The translations under genes were made by a program, and so were the position numbers. DNA of 63,894 nucleotides, counting the filler, from the NCBI GenBank assembly GCA_964501035.1. It is 3 parts of 3 records of this genome, joined end to end, with 100 filler letters (N's around TTAATTAATTAA, not from the genome) between each part and the next. Parts side by side here need not be neighbours in the genome. Positions count along the whole stretch, not along the records: positions 1 to 24,134 come from CAZCRK010000017.1; positions 24,235 to 48,268 come from CAZCRK010000018.1; 1 more part is not named here. The stretch is one strand, 5' to 3'. Below, piece by piece: positions 18,163-28,712 of this stretch. The first letter of the stretch is position 1. Each line of letters starts with the position of its first letter. The notes under the pieces were generated by a model, which searched no databases, was not told the origin of the DNA, and was given only the letters and a program-made list of their open reading frames with translations.

Positions 18163-21100
18163 ATGAAATATTTAATAATTATTCAACTTCAAATTGCAGT
18201 ATTGTTTGGTGCAAATTCATGGGTTGGGTTTCACTCAGATGTTCCTACAAAAACAGAAGTTGAAGTTGTTTCTTCAAATATCGATGAGACGGTATTAGAG
18301 TTTAGCATTAACGGATTTCACCTTCGGTCAATTGAGTTTGAAAAGGGTGAAATGGTAATTCCTCAGCTGGAAGATGGAGCATCTTTATTGATTGAATCCT
18401 CACCCGATATGCATTCATATTCAAAGTCAATTATTATACCAGATAATCAACGCATGGGTGTTGAAATCTTAGACGCAAGATATGAAGAATTTGAAAATAT
18501 TTCAATGGCTCCATCAAAAGGAAATATTAATCGTTTAGTTAATCCAAGTGAATTACCATTTGTTTTTGGAGAAGTATATGAAAATGATAGTTTTTTTCCT
18601 GGAGAGATTGTTGATTTAAAAACTCCGTATATTCTAAGAGATTTACGAGGTCAAACCGTTTCATTTCAACCATTTCAATACAACCCTATCACACATGTTT
18701 TGCGTGTGTATAAGTATATGAAGGTTAAAATTGAAAAAATGGGTGATGATGACCGAAATATTGTTGAATCACAGATGGATAGGCAATTTGTAGCAAATGA
18801 ATTTGAACATATGTACAAGAGTCATTTTTTGAATTTTTCAAATGATACTCGGTTTGATTACTTAGTGGATCATGGAAACATGTTAATTGTTTCGTATAGT
18901 TCTTTCTTAGAAACAATGCAACCATTAGTGGATTGGAAATTGAAAAAAGGAATACCCACTGAATTGATTGATGTTGCAGATATTGGTGGTACTTCTGGAG
19001 CAATAGAAGCATTCGTTGAAGATTACTACAATACACATGGACTCACATTTTTACTCTTAGTGGGTGATATTGCTCAAATTCCTTCACCTTCGGTTGGTGG
19101 TAGTGCTTCTGATGTCTCTTATGGTTGTATCAGTGGTAATGATTATTATCCAGAAATTATTGTAGGTCGTTTTTCGGGTAGTATTCCTTCCCATATTGAA
19201 ACACAAGTTTCTCGTTCAATTGAATATGAACGAAACCCTACAGATGCATTAGAATGGTATGATAATGCATTGGGAATTGCATCGAATCAAGGTCCTGGGC
19301 TTAATGGTTTTTCTGATGATGAATTTAATGACTTTTTATGGGAGACTGTTTTATCTGGATTTACCTATGATAGTTACCAAGGAATCTATGACCCAAGTGG
19401 TACCTTGACTCAAGGTATAAATGCAATTAATGCGGGTGTGAGTATTATTAATTACACAGGCCACGGTTCTATTAATTCTTGGGGGAATGGCGCTCCACTT
19501 TCCAATAGTAATGTCAATTCGTTAACGAATTCACATTTGTTACCGTTTGTGATAACAGTTGGGTGTAATGTTGGAGAATTTCAAAGTACGAATGAATGCT
19601 TTACTGAAACATGGTTACGGGCTACACATAATGGTGCACCAAGTGGTGCTATATCTCATTTTGGTTCAACCATTAGTCAATCTTGGGAACCACCCATGCA
19701 TGGTCAGTATGGAATGAATTTAATTTTGACAGAAAGTTATGATGAGCATTTAACTCGAACGATGGGTGGGATTACGACAAATGGTTGTATGTATATGAAT
19801 GATGTTCAAGGTGCATCTGGTATTAATGAAACTAAGTATTGGACATTTTTTGGAGACCCCAGTGTGCCATTACGAACTGCACCTCCAACTAGTATTTCTG
19901 CTTCATTTGATGATGTGATAATTTTGGGTACTCCTTCATTTTCTGTGAATACTGGAAACGAAGGTGATTTGATTGCAATTTCTCGAAATGGTGAGTTATT
20001 ATCTTCAGGATATTCAGATTCAAATGGTTTAGCGTCGCTTGATTTAAGCAACGTATCATCTATACCCGGAGAAGTTGATTTGGTCATTACTGGATTTAAC
20101 TCATATCCTTTTGAAACTACATTAATGGTACTTTCACCTGATGGTCCTTTTGTAATGGTAGAATCATTTGAAGTAAACACGGCCATCAACAGTTCCATTA
20201 TTGAGTATGGTGAAGATGTTTCGCTTGGGCTATATTTAGAAAATGTTGGTAATGATAATGCAGAAAATGTTGAAGTAGTTATGTCTACTTTGGATGAATA
20301 CATAACCATCACATCGAATCAGGCATCAATTTCTATAATAGACGCAAACTCAACTGGATTTGTTGAAGGTTTGGAATTTCAAGTGTCATATAACATTCCC
20401 AATGATTATAGTTTTTCTATCGATTGTATCATAACGGATGGGAATGAAACGTGGGAATCAGAACTTAATTTGACAGCGTATGCACCCACAATTGAAATTG
20501 AAAGTGTAGATGGTATGTTAAATCCAGGTGAGAGTTCAGGAGTAACCGTAATTTTGCAAAATGTAGGAGGTGCAGTAATCAACTATCCAATGGTATCTGC
20601 ATCAGATGATGGTTCTTTTGAAATTACGGTCGAATCGTTTACAAATGCATATTATTGGGACAATAATCCAAATTTTAACAGCGAAGTATTGGAATTAGAA
20701 ATATTTGTAAATCCAACGACTCCTATTGGACATATTGCAGAATTTGAACTCTTCATCAATCAGTTAAATACGGAATATGAGTCTATGGTTTATTTTACCA
20801 TTCCTGTCGGCCAAGTTACGGAAACATTTGAAGCAGGATTTGAAATGTTGGATTGGAACATGTCGGGTAATGCCGATTGGATTATTGATGACTCTGAATC
20901 AAATTCAGGTATGTTAAGTGCTAAATCAGGTGCAATTGGAAATAGTCAAAACTCAGATTTAAGTGTAACACTTGAAATAACTGAGTCTGGTGTTATTGAG
21001 TTTAACTATAAAGTATCCGCAGAGTATTCTTCATCTGGTAGTTACTTTTATGATGGATTAGAGTTTTACATTGATAGCAACCTGCAAGACCAACATCAAT

Positions 21101-21465
21101 CGACAACTACAGGTGGTGCACCCTGGACTGAAGTTAGCTATCCTGTAACTGCTGGTGAGCATACATTTACCTGGTCATTTGTGAAAGATGGTGGTGGGGG
21201 TTCTACTGATTGTGATAATACAGATTGTGAAGATGCAGCATGGATTGATGACATAGTCTTTCCTCCAGCATATGTAGATGATCCACCTGAAATAGTATTG
21301 GGTGATGTTAATTTTGACAATTCTATCGATATCTTAGATATTGTTATGATGGTCAATATGATTTTGGGAACCGAAATATCAAATACTGCAGGTGATGTAA
21401 ATGAAGATGGTGAGATTAATATTATGGATGTGATACTCACAATAAATATTATTTTAGAGAGTTAA
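18163..21465 (+). CDS. Secreted C25 gingipain-like cysteine peptidase with C-terminal dockerin-like domain
   Basis: Propeptide (PYILRDLRG), LLVGD, EIIVGRFS, intact NYTGHGS and VGCNVG dyad, FGDPS; dockerin 21301-21465; AAGGAG SD. Confidence 0.93.
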   Translation: MKYLIIIQLQIAVLFGANSWVGFHSDVPTKTEVEVVSSNIDETVLEFSINGFHLRSIEFEKGEMVIPQLEDGASLLIESSPDMHSYSKSIIIPDNQRMGVEILDARYEEFENISMAPSKGNINRLVNPSELPFVFGEVYENDSFFPGEIVDLKTPYILRDLRGQTVSFQPFQYNPITHVLRVYKYMKVKIEKMGDDDRNIVESQMDRQFVANEFEHMYKSHFLNFSNDTRFDYLVDHGNMLIVSYSSFLETMQPLVDWKLKKGIPTELIDVADIGGTSGAIEAFVEDYYNTHGLTFLLLVGDIAQIPSPSVGGSASDVSYGCISGNDYYPEIIVGRFSGSIPSHIETQVSRSIEYERNPTDALEWYDNALGIASNQGPGLNGFSDDEFNDFLWETVLSGFTYDSYQGIYDPSGTLTQGINAINAGVSIINYTGHGSINSWGNGAPLSNSNVNSLTNSHLLPFVITVGCNVGEFQSTNECFTETWLRATHNGAPSGAISHFGSTISQSWEPPMHGQYGMNLILTESYDEHLTRTMGGITTNGCMYMNDVQGASGINETKYWTFFGDPSVPLRTAPPTSISASFDDVIILGTPSFSVNTGNEGDLIAISRNGELLSSGYSDSNGLASLDLSNVSSIPGEVDLVITGFNSYPFETTLMVLSPDGPFVMVESFEVNTAINSSIIEYGEDVSLGLYLENVGNDNAENVEVVMSTLDEYITITSNQASISIIDANSTGFVEGLEFQVSYNIPNDYSFSIDCIITDGNETWESELNLTAYAPTIEIESVDGMLNPGESSGVTVILQNVGGAVINYPMVSASDDGSFEITVESFTNAYYWDNNPNFNSEVLELEIFVNPTTPIGHIAEFELFINQLNTEYESMVYFTIPVGQVTETFEAGFEMLDWNMSGNADWIIDDSESNSGMLSAKSGAIGNSQNSDLSVTLEITESGVIEFNYKVSAEYSSSGSYFYDGLEFYIDSNLQDQHQSTTTGGAPWTEVSYPVTAGEHTFTWSFVKDGGGGSTDCDNTDCEDAAWIDDIVFPPAYVDDPPEIVLGDVNFDNSIDILDIVMMVNMILGTEISNTAGDVNEDGEINIMDVILTINIILES

Positions 21466-21481
21466 AAGTTAAACAAAAGAT

Positions 21482-21513
21482 AAAAAAGCCTCTGATTTCA
21501 GGGGCTTTTTTTT
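21482..21513 (+). terminator. Rho-independent terminator after the C25 gene
   Basis: AAAAAAGCCTCTGA-TT-TCAGGGGCTTTTTTTT hairpin with U tract. Confidence 0.85.
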
Positions 21514-21558
21514 ATTCTATTATTAAATGTAAATTGCAAATCAACTTTAAGGAAAATA

Positions 21559-23823
21559 ATGAAATTTAAACATACACATTTTATCCATATCATATTCTTG
21601 TTTTCAATTGTGTTACCACAATCTTTTCATGTCCAACCCTATATTCAAAATATTAGTAGAAGTAATGCAATTATTATGTGGGAAACCACTTCTGGAAATC
21701 AATCAATTGTGGAGTGGGGCACCACCCCATCTTTAGGCGAAATTACTAGCGGAGATGCAGTTAACAGTTACAATAGTGCTTATGTGCATACGGTGAGTTT
21801 AGAATATTTAGACACTAATACCCAGTATTTTTATAAAGTGAAAACAAATTCTCTTGAATCAGATGTGTTTAGTTTTGTTACCCAAAAACCATTTTCATTT
21901 GAAAGTTCAACTCGATTAGTCGCGATGAGCGATATGCAAAAAGATTGGAGTAATTGGGATAAATTTGAAGAGATTGTACATGATGGTATCATCGATTATA
22001 TTGAAGATGACCTTGGTGAAACACTGCCCCTAGCATTGGATATGGTGTTAATTCCGGGTGATTTGGTTGATGATGGGCACGATTATGACCAATGGTCAGA
22101 CCATTTTTTCGGACCAGCACACCCTTTGTTTGCTTATTCGCCAGTGTATCCCGTCTATGGAAATCATGAGCAAAATACGAGTTATTTTAGCATGTATTTT
22201 GATTTACCCCATAATGCAAGCCAAGGTTATGATGAGCATTGGTGGTGGAAAGATGTGTCAAATGTGCGTGTTATAGGGCTTGATTCAAATGGAAATTATC
22301 AGATTAATGAGCAACTATCATGGTTAGATGAAATATTAGATCAATCATGCACCGATGAACATATTGATTTTGTTTTTGCTCAACTTCATCACCCGCATCA
22401 CTCAGAGCTTTGGATTGCAGGAAATACTGATTTTACCGGTGAAGTCATAACGAGGTTGGAAAATTTTTCCACACAATGTGGTAAACCAAGTATCCACTTT
22501 TTTGGTCATACTCATGGCTATTCACGGGGGCAATCCATGGAGCATCAGCATGTTATGGTGAATGTGGCTTCTGCTGGAGGTGCTATTGATAACTGGGGTG
22601 AATATGCGCAATTTGATTATCCAGAATATTCAGTTTCGCAAGATGAATGGGGATTTATAGTTGTTGATATTGAAGCTGGAGATAATCCGCAGTTTACCAT
22701 AAAACGAATAAGTAGAGGAAATGAGTTGCAACCACGCGATAATGAATTGAGGGATGAGGTTACCATTCGGTTATGGAACACACCCCCTTCAACACCGGTT
22801 CCAACGGCACCTATTGGCGCAAATATTAACCCAGATTTACTTGTATTGGATGGTGGTAATTTTATAGATGTTGATGGTGATGAACATGGGTTTACTCAAT
22901 GGCAAATTTCTTCCGATTGTTATGATTTTTCAAACCCTATTGTGGATGAATATGAAGCATACGAGAATTGGTATTTCAATATTGATACCCAAGCTGGAAA
23001 TAGTTTAACAACATTTGAGATGGATTACGTACCTGCCAATACTGAATACTGTTGGAGAACACGGTATAGAGATAAACATTTAGTTTGGAGTGAATGGTCT
23101 GAACCACTCGAGTTTTCAACTGGTAATTCATTATTTTCAGCCAACTTAATTACCAATGGTGATGCAGAAAATGGAATCGATGGTTGGACGATTAACGAAG
23201 GAGTATTTGAATCACTACTTGCATTTGATTGTAATGGTGTTGAACCCAATTCGGGTGATTATTATTTCTCAGTTGGTGGGTTATGTGAATCAAGTGAGTT
23301 TGCAGAAGTGATGCAAAATATTGATGTGATTGAATATGCAAACTGTATTGATTCAGAAGAAGCTACAGTTCGTTTTTCTGGATATTTATCGAATTGGGGT
23401 GGTGATGATATTCCGGAAATGCATATTGAATTTTTAGATGCGTTTCATAATGTTATTTCGGTAGGTGAATCACTTACGACCAATATTTCTAATTGGACTG
23501 AACTATCTCAAACAATGACTATTCCTATTCAAACCTCAAACATAAGAGTGGTTTTAACCGGAACGCGATATGCTGGTGATGATAATGATAGTTATTTTGA
23601 TGATGTATCCCTAAATATTTTAACCACACCCACGTGTAATGTACTGATGGGTGATGTAAATGCAGATGAAATTATTAATATTTTAGATGTCATCATTATC
23701 ATTAATATTGTTATGGACAATGAAGCAACGGAATATCAGTATTTGGTTGCAGATGTGAATGAAGACGGTATTATCAATATTTTAGATATTGTTATGTTGG
23801 TGAATATTATTTTAAATAATTAA
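21559..23823 (+). CDS. Secreted purple-acid-phosphatase-type metallophosphoesterase with FN3, galactose-binding-like and dockerin-like domains
   Basis: SDMQ, GDLVD, GNHE, HHP, GHTH motifs; WSEWS FN3 end; dockerin 23650-23823. Confidence 0.9.
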   Translation: MKFKHTHFIHIIFLFSIVLPQSFHVQPYIQNISRSNAIIMWETTSGNQSIVEWGTTPSLGEITSGDAVNSYNSAYVHTVSLEYLDTNTQYFYKVKTNSLESDVFSFVTQKPFSFESSTRLVAMSDMQKDWSNWDKFEEIVHDGIIDYIEDDLGETLPLALDMVLIPGDLVDDGHDYDQWSDHFFGPAHPLFAYSPVYPVYGNHEQNTSYFSMYFDLPHNASQGYDEHWWWKDVSNVRVIGLDSNGNYQINEQLSWLDEILDQSCTDEHIDFVFAQLHHPHHSELWIAGNTDFTGEVITRLENFSTQCGKPSIHFFGHTHGYSRGQSMEHQHVMVNVASAGGAIDNWGEYAQFDYPEYSVSQDEWGFIVVDIEAGDNPQFTIKRISRGNELQPRDNELRDEVTIRLWNTPPSTPVPTAPIGANINPDLLVLDGGNFIDVDGDEHGFTQWQISSDCYDFSNPIVDEYEAYENWYFNIDTQAGNSLTTFEMDYVPANTEYCWRTRYRDKHLVWSEWSEPLEFSTGNSLFSANLITNGDAENGIDGWTINEGVFESLLAFDCNGVEPNSGDYYFSVGGLCESSEFAEVMQNIDVIEYANCIDSEEATVRFSGYLSNWGGDDIPEMHIEFLDAFHNVISVGESLTTNISNWTELSQTMTIPIQTSNIRVVLTGTRYAGDDNDSYFDDVSLNILTTPTCNVLMGDVNADEIINILDVIIIINIVMDNEATEYQYLVADVNEDGIINILDIVMLVNIILNN

Positions 23824-23872
23824 TTATTTAACTAAATAATTGTAAATTTTACACAATAAAAAGAGAGTTCAA

Positions 23873-24134
23873 ATGAAATATTTACTATCCATCTTATTGA
23901 TTATGAGTTGTTCAACAGAACCTGAAGATGTTCAGGGATGTACTGATGCCGATGCTTGTAATTATAACTCATCTGCTAATGTAGATGATAATAGTTGTTT
24001 TTATGCAGAAGATTATGAAGATAATTGTGGTGTGTGTGATTTAAGTCCTTCAAATGATTGCATAGAAGATTGTGCTGGAGTTTGGGGTGGTGATGCTTCA
24101 GAAATACAAATTGGCAACCAAATATGGTGTGATA
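23873..24134 (+). CDS. Cys-rich lipoprotein, truncated at contig end
   Basis: Lipobox LIMSC; GCTDxxACNY and Dx[12 protein letters not shown] repeats; IQIGNQIW resembles the start of a FISUMP domain. Confidence 0.65.
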
Positions 24135-24234
24135 NNNNNNNNNNNNNNNNNNNNNNNNNNNNNNNNNNNNNNNNNNNNTTAATTAATTAANNNNNNNNNN
24201 NNNNNNNNNNNNNNNNNNNNNNNNNNNNNNNNNN
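24135..24234. other. Artificial contig linker
   Basis: N44-TTAATTAATTAA-N44 (all-frame stops); identical linker at 48269. Confidence 0.97.
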
Positions 24235-25156
24235 CTGTTTCTACTTGTGTCCAAGAAATTTTGGAATCCTCACCTCTACATGCACCCCTTTTCGTTACAA
24301 AATTATAAATTCCACCTTTTCCGTTTTTATCGCCAGGATACCAATTTTGTACAGTAGAATATTTTATTTCGGCACGATTGTTTGCAACCAATTCAACTAC
24401 AGCAGCATGGAGCTGATTCTCATCTCGCATTGGTGCAGTGCATCCCTCTAAATAACTCACATGTGAATCATCATCTGCGATGATTAAAGTTCGTTCAAAT
24501 TGACCTGTATTTGAGGCATTAATTCTAAAGTATGTTGATAATTCCATAGGACATCGAACACCTTTTGGAATATACACAAACGAACCATCACTAAACACAG
24601 CTGAATTAAGTGCCGAAAAGTAGTTGTCAGCAACAGGTACAACGGTGCCCAAATACTGTTGAATTAATTCTGGATATTTTTTAACAGCTTCAGAAAACGG
24701 GCAAAATATTACACCGGCTTTTGATAACGTTTCTTTAAATGTAGTTGCCACTGAAACACTATCAAAAACGGCATCAACTGCAACACCAGCTAACATTTTT
24801 TGTTCATGCAATGGAATACCTAATTTATTGTATGTTTCCAATAATTTGGGGTCAACTTCATCTAAACTTGCCAGCTCTTTTTTCTTTTTGGGGGCAGAAT
24901 AATAACTAATAGATTGATAATCTACTTTTTCATAGTTCACTTTTGCCCAATTTGGTTCTTCTAAGGTAAGCCAATGTTTATATGCTTTTAATCGCCAATC
25001 CAATAACCACTTTGGTTCATCTTTTTTTGCTGAAAGAAACCGAATAACATCTTCATTCAATCCAGGTGGCAAGGTGTCTTGCTCAATATCAGTTATAAAA
25101 CCATATTTATAGTCTTGTTTTATTGCATCATCTATTAATTTAGTGTCTTTACTCAT
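24235..25156 (-). CDS. sufB: Fe-S cluster assembly protein SufB, 3' truncated at contig end
   Basis: [56 protein letters not shown]. Confidence 0.97.
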
Positions 25157-25157
25157 T

Positions 25158-25568
25158 TTATTCAGATGTTCCGCAGGTTATATCACTTAATTTTATATTA
25201 CTAAACAGTGAGTGGATGTTATCATTAATTTTTTTAATGGGCAGTCGGATATTGCATAGTTTAATTTGTGAACAATCTGTTTTGATATTACAATCGACCA
25301 TTCCAATAGGACCTTCCATTGACTCAATAAAATCAGCTAAACTCACTGAATCTAGTATTGCTTTTAAGCGGTACCCACCCTGTGCACCTTTTATTGCTTC
25401 TATATAATCAAGTCGTGTCATGAGTTGGAGGGTTTTTGCCAAAATTTCTTGCGGAATACTATAAATTTCAGCAATTTCACGAGTTGTTGCTAACTCATCA
25501 TCTGCAAGCTGTTGCAAATGTTGAAGCGCAATCAGTGCGTATTCTGCTTTTTTAGTCATTTTATACAT
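25158..25568 (-). CDS. Rrf2-family (IscR/SufR-like) regulator
   Basis: Rrf2 HTH, GAQGGY wing, three Cys (C-x5-C-x5-C); directly upstream of sufB. Confidence 0.9.
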   Translation of the reverse strand: MYKMTKKAEYALIALQHLQQLADDELATTREIAEIYSIPQEILAKTLQLMTRLDYIEAIKGAQGGYRLKAILDSVSLADFIESMEGPIGMVDCNIKTDCSQIKLCNIRLPIKKINDNIHSLFSNIKLSDITCGTSE

Positions 25569-25752
25569 GATTAATTCATATTCCGATATCCGTATCTAAT
25601 TTACATATGTGTGAAATTGCAGTACAAGAATTAAATACGACTTGTTGAGTCGTATTTTGTATTTTCAACTAAAATACCAAATAAAATCATTTGAATTAAT
25701 TTTGTTAAACAATAGTTTAGAATTTAGACTATTCGTCTACCCTCTTTCAATT

Positions 25753-25782
25753 TGTAACTTTTTACATTCTGACCCCCTCCAA
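25753..25782 (+). promoter_or_regulatory. Candidate ECF-sigma promoter of the thioredoxin-ECF module
   Basis: TGTAACTT-N17-TCCAA, AAC-type -35 and TC-type -10; AGGAGG SD follows. Confidence 0.4.
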
Positions 25783-25804
25783 AGTATAAACATTAGGAGG
25801 TTTT

Positions 25805-26158
25805 ATGGGTTTATTTGGATTTGGAAAGAAAAAAAAGCATAATACAGTTGAATTTACAGATCAAAACTGGAATGATGAAATAATCAATTATGACGGACCA
25901 GTAATGGTTGATATTTGGGCTCCATGGTGTGGACCATGCAAACTGATTGGACCTATTGTTGATGAATTAGCCATTGAATATGATGGTAAGGTGAAAATTG
26001 GCAAGTTAAATTCAGATGCAAATAGTAAATCACGAGAATTGGGTGTGCGTAGTATTCCCACAATGTTATTTTTCAAAAATGGTAAAAAAGTTGGCCAAAT
26101 AGTTGGTGCTCAACCAATGAATATTATTCGTGAGCAACTTGATAAAATTTCTAATTAA
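25805..26158 (+). CDS. trxA: Thioredoxin (second copy)
   Basis: DIWAPWCGPC, VRSIP; N-terminal MGLFGFGKKKK extension. Confidence 0.92.
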   Translation: MGLFGFGKKKKHNTVEFTDQNWNDEIINYDGPVMVDIWAPWCGPCKLIGPIVDELAIEYDGKVKIGKLNSDANSKSRELGVRSIPTMLFFKNGKKVGQIVGAQPMNIIREQLDKISN

Positions 26159-26195
26159 CATATAATATTAATGATATTATGGTGTAATTTTCGCC

Positions 26196-26777
26196 ATGGT
26201 TTCAGAAATAGAGTTGATTGAAAAAGCAAAGTTGGGTGATAATAATGCTATTACTGAATTGGTAAAAATGCATTCACCTAAAATTTATAATCTTGGATTA
26301 AAAATGATGAGGAATCCTGTGGATGCAGAAGATGTACTACAGGAAACATTTATCAAAATGTTAGCCAAAATTCATACGTTTGAGGGCAGGTCATCATTGT
26401 ACACTTGGTTGTATCGAATCGCTACGAATGTTTCACTTGAAAAATTGAGTGATAAATATAATAAAAATGTATATGCATCACTTGATGACCCAGAATATTA
26501 TGAGAATGGTCATGTGGAGCCCTATGAAATACCAGAATACTTTGAAGAAAAAATGAGTGATGAAACCTTTAAAAAATATTTAGATATGGCGATTGAAGGG
26601 TTAAATGAAAAACATCGAGCAGTATTTGTTTTACGAGATATAGAAGGAATGAATGTTGAAGAAACCGCTCAAATATTAAATTTATCTGTATCAAATGTTA
26701 AAGTTAGACTTATGCGTGCACGATTATTTTTACGCGATAGGTTAACAGAGTATTTTAAATCGGAGGAATTAGTATGA
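26196..26777 (+). CDS. ECF RNA polymerase sigma factor
   Basis: DAEDVLQETF, TWLYRIATN, FVLRDIEG, VKVRLMRAR. Confidence 0.95.
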   Translation: MVSEIELIEKAKLGDNNAITELVKMHSPKIYNLGLKMMRNPVDAEDVLQETFIKMLAKIHTFEGRSSLYTWLYRIATNVSLEKLSDKYNKNVYASLDDPEYYENGHVEPYEIPEYFEEKMSDETFKKYLDMAIEGLNEKHRAVFVLRDIEGMNVEETAQILNLSVSNVKVRLMRARLFLRDRLTEYFKSEELV

Positions 26778-27013
26778 CAACTCATAAACACGATAAAGAA
26801 TTTAAAGATTTAATGTGTGGTCAAATGGGAGAGGATATTGATGCACCCATGTGTGAGGAAATCATGAAACACCTCGAAGATTGCCCTGATTGTAAAGTTC
26901 ATTTTGATTCGGTTAAGAAGGTGGTAAAAATTTACAAAACAACTGAAACAGAACACGATGTGCCCAGCGATGTTTCAAATAGATTATTTAAGGTTTTGAA
27001 TCTTAAAAAATAA
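26774..27013 (+). CDS. Soluble zinc-binding (zf-HC2) anti-sigma factor
   Basis: HLEDCPDC (HxxxCxxC); GTATGA overlap with sigma gene; no TM helix. Confidence 0.88.
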   Translation: MTTHKHDKEFKDLMCGQMGEDIDAPMCEEIMKHLEDCPDCKVHFDSVKKVVKIYKTTETEHDVPSDVSNRLFKVLNLKK

Positions 27014-27014
27014 C

Positions 27015-28712
27015 TTAAATTAGTTCATCAAGTTCTGTTTGAACAAAACTCATTAAATCCTTAATGGTTGATTCAGAAAAATCAAATTTTATTCCCATTG
27101 CATCCCACACTTCAGGTAGTGGTTTTGAATTACCAAGAGATAATCCGTTAATGTATCCATTCAAGCCATTCTCTGCATTTTGCTTATAATTTCGATACAC
27201 TTGTAACGCACCAAGCTGTGCAATTGCATATTCAATATAATAAAATGGAACACTAAATATATGTGATTGTCGTTGCCAATTTACGGCTCTATAATGTTCT
27301 AATCCATCCCAATTTACTGTACCAAAAAATCTGTTTAGAAGTTCCATAAAATGATTATTTCTTTCATCCACTGAATGTTCAGGATTAAGATATACCCAAT
27401 GCTGAAAAGCATCAACAGTTGCACACCATGGGAAAATACCAAATATACCCTCTAAATGCTCTCTTCGTGCTCGTATAAAATCTTCATGAGAATAAAACAA
27501 ATCCCATCTACTGCTTGAGATTAATTCCATACTCATACTTGCAGTTTCAGCCATTTCTGATGGAGTACTTCGATACTGAACTAAGGGTTCACTATTACAT
27601 AAAAATGTATGCATAGCATGCCCACCCTCATGCATCATAGTAACCACATCTCGTTGAGTCCCAGCTGAATTCATAAAAATAAATGGCATCCCAGTTGCTT
27701 CAAGGGGATAATTATATCCACCAGGAGCCTTGCCTTTACGAGAATCTAAATCAAACAAACCCGATGCATCCATTTTTTGTAAATTATTACCAAATTCTGC
27801 CTTTACGTGTGAAAAAATTGAAATTGATTTCTGAAGCAACTCCTTCCCATCTGAAAAAGGTCGAAGTGCTTTCTCACCTCGGGGTACCCCTGTTGTGTCC
27901 CACGGGCGATAATCATCAGAACTAAGTTCTAATTTTTCACATCTTTTAAGTGATATATCTCTTGAAATAGGAACGACATACTTTTCAATAGCATTATGGA
28001 ATGTTATAGTGTCTTCTGGCACATAATCAAATCGTTTTAATGCATCATGTTTATAATTTCTATAATTATCATATCCAGCATTTACTGCAATTTGATGGCG
28101 GAGTTTAACCATTTCAGAATACAAATCATTTAACTCACCTCGAACCTTATATCGAGAATCATGGATTGCATACCAAGCATCTTTCCGTTTTTGCCTGTCA
28201 CTTGATTGTAATTTAACTGATGCTTGTGGGAGTGGAAGATCTTCATCATCAATTTTTGCAGTTAAAGCACCTACTGTTTGTTCAAACTTTGAAGATAATT
28301 TACTTAACTTAGCATCAATAGGAATATTTTCTTCAACATATAAGTCTATTTCTCGCTGAATCCCCTTTAACAACTGGTCATATCGTTGAAAATCTAACTC
28401 TTTTACAAAAGGACTTTCAGAAATTTTTAGATCAATCAGATTAGATGCTTTTGTTGCTTCGGGGGCAATAACACTCGAAAACAATTCATAGTGCTTAACA
28501 TATTCTGTATTATCTGTATGGCATGACATATTGATATACGACCATGCGTATTTTTCACCAAATAGTGCAATGAGTTCACTATAGTGAAGAATAAAATCTT
28601 CTAAATCTGAAACAGAATTAATCTCTTTATTGTTGAGTTCAGTAAAAAGTGGTTTTAAATCATCCCAACATGTAATGTCACATTTTTGTGAAATATATTT
28701 AAATTGAATCAT
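27015..28712 (-). CDS. pepF: M3 oligoendopeptidase F family
   Basis: RPWD, RKGKAPGGY, HEGGH, EMAETASMSME, PFYYIEY; start placed at MIQFKY. Confidence 0.9.
   Translation of the reverse strand: MIQFKYISQKCDITCWDDLKPLFTELNNKEINSVSDLEDFILHYSELIALFGEKYAWSYINMSCHTDNTEYVKHYELFSSVIAPEATKASNLIDLKISESPFVKELDFQRYDQLLKGIQREIDLYVEENIPIDAKLSKLSSKFEQTVGALTAKIDDEDLPLPQASVKLQSSDRQKRKDAWYAIHDSRYKVRGELNDLYSEMVKLRHQIAVNAGYDNYRNYKHDALKRFDYVPEDTITFHNAIEKYVVPISRDISLKRCEKLELSSDDYRPWDTTGVPRGEKALRPFSDGKELLQKSISIFSHVKAEFGNNLQKMDASGLFDLDSRKGKAPGGYNYPLEATGMPFIFMNSAGTQRDVVTMMHEGGHAMHTFLCNSEPLVQYRSTPSEMAETASMSMELISSSRWDLFYSHEDFIRARREHLEGIFGIFPWCATVDAFQHWVYLNPEHSVDERNNHFMELLNRFFGTVNWDGLEHYRAVNWQRQSHIFSVPFYYIEYAIAQLGALQVYRNYKQNAENGLNGYINGLSLGNSKPLPEVWDAMGIKFDFSESTIKDLMSFVQTELDELI

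Noticed and set aside
24135..24234. TTAATTAATTAA palindrome flanked by Ns (also at 48269-48368)
   Set aside because: Identical 100-nt construct with stops in all frames; an assembly concatenation linker. Adjacency across it has no biological meaning, and the LIN* ends of flanking ORFs are artefacts.
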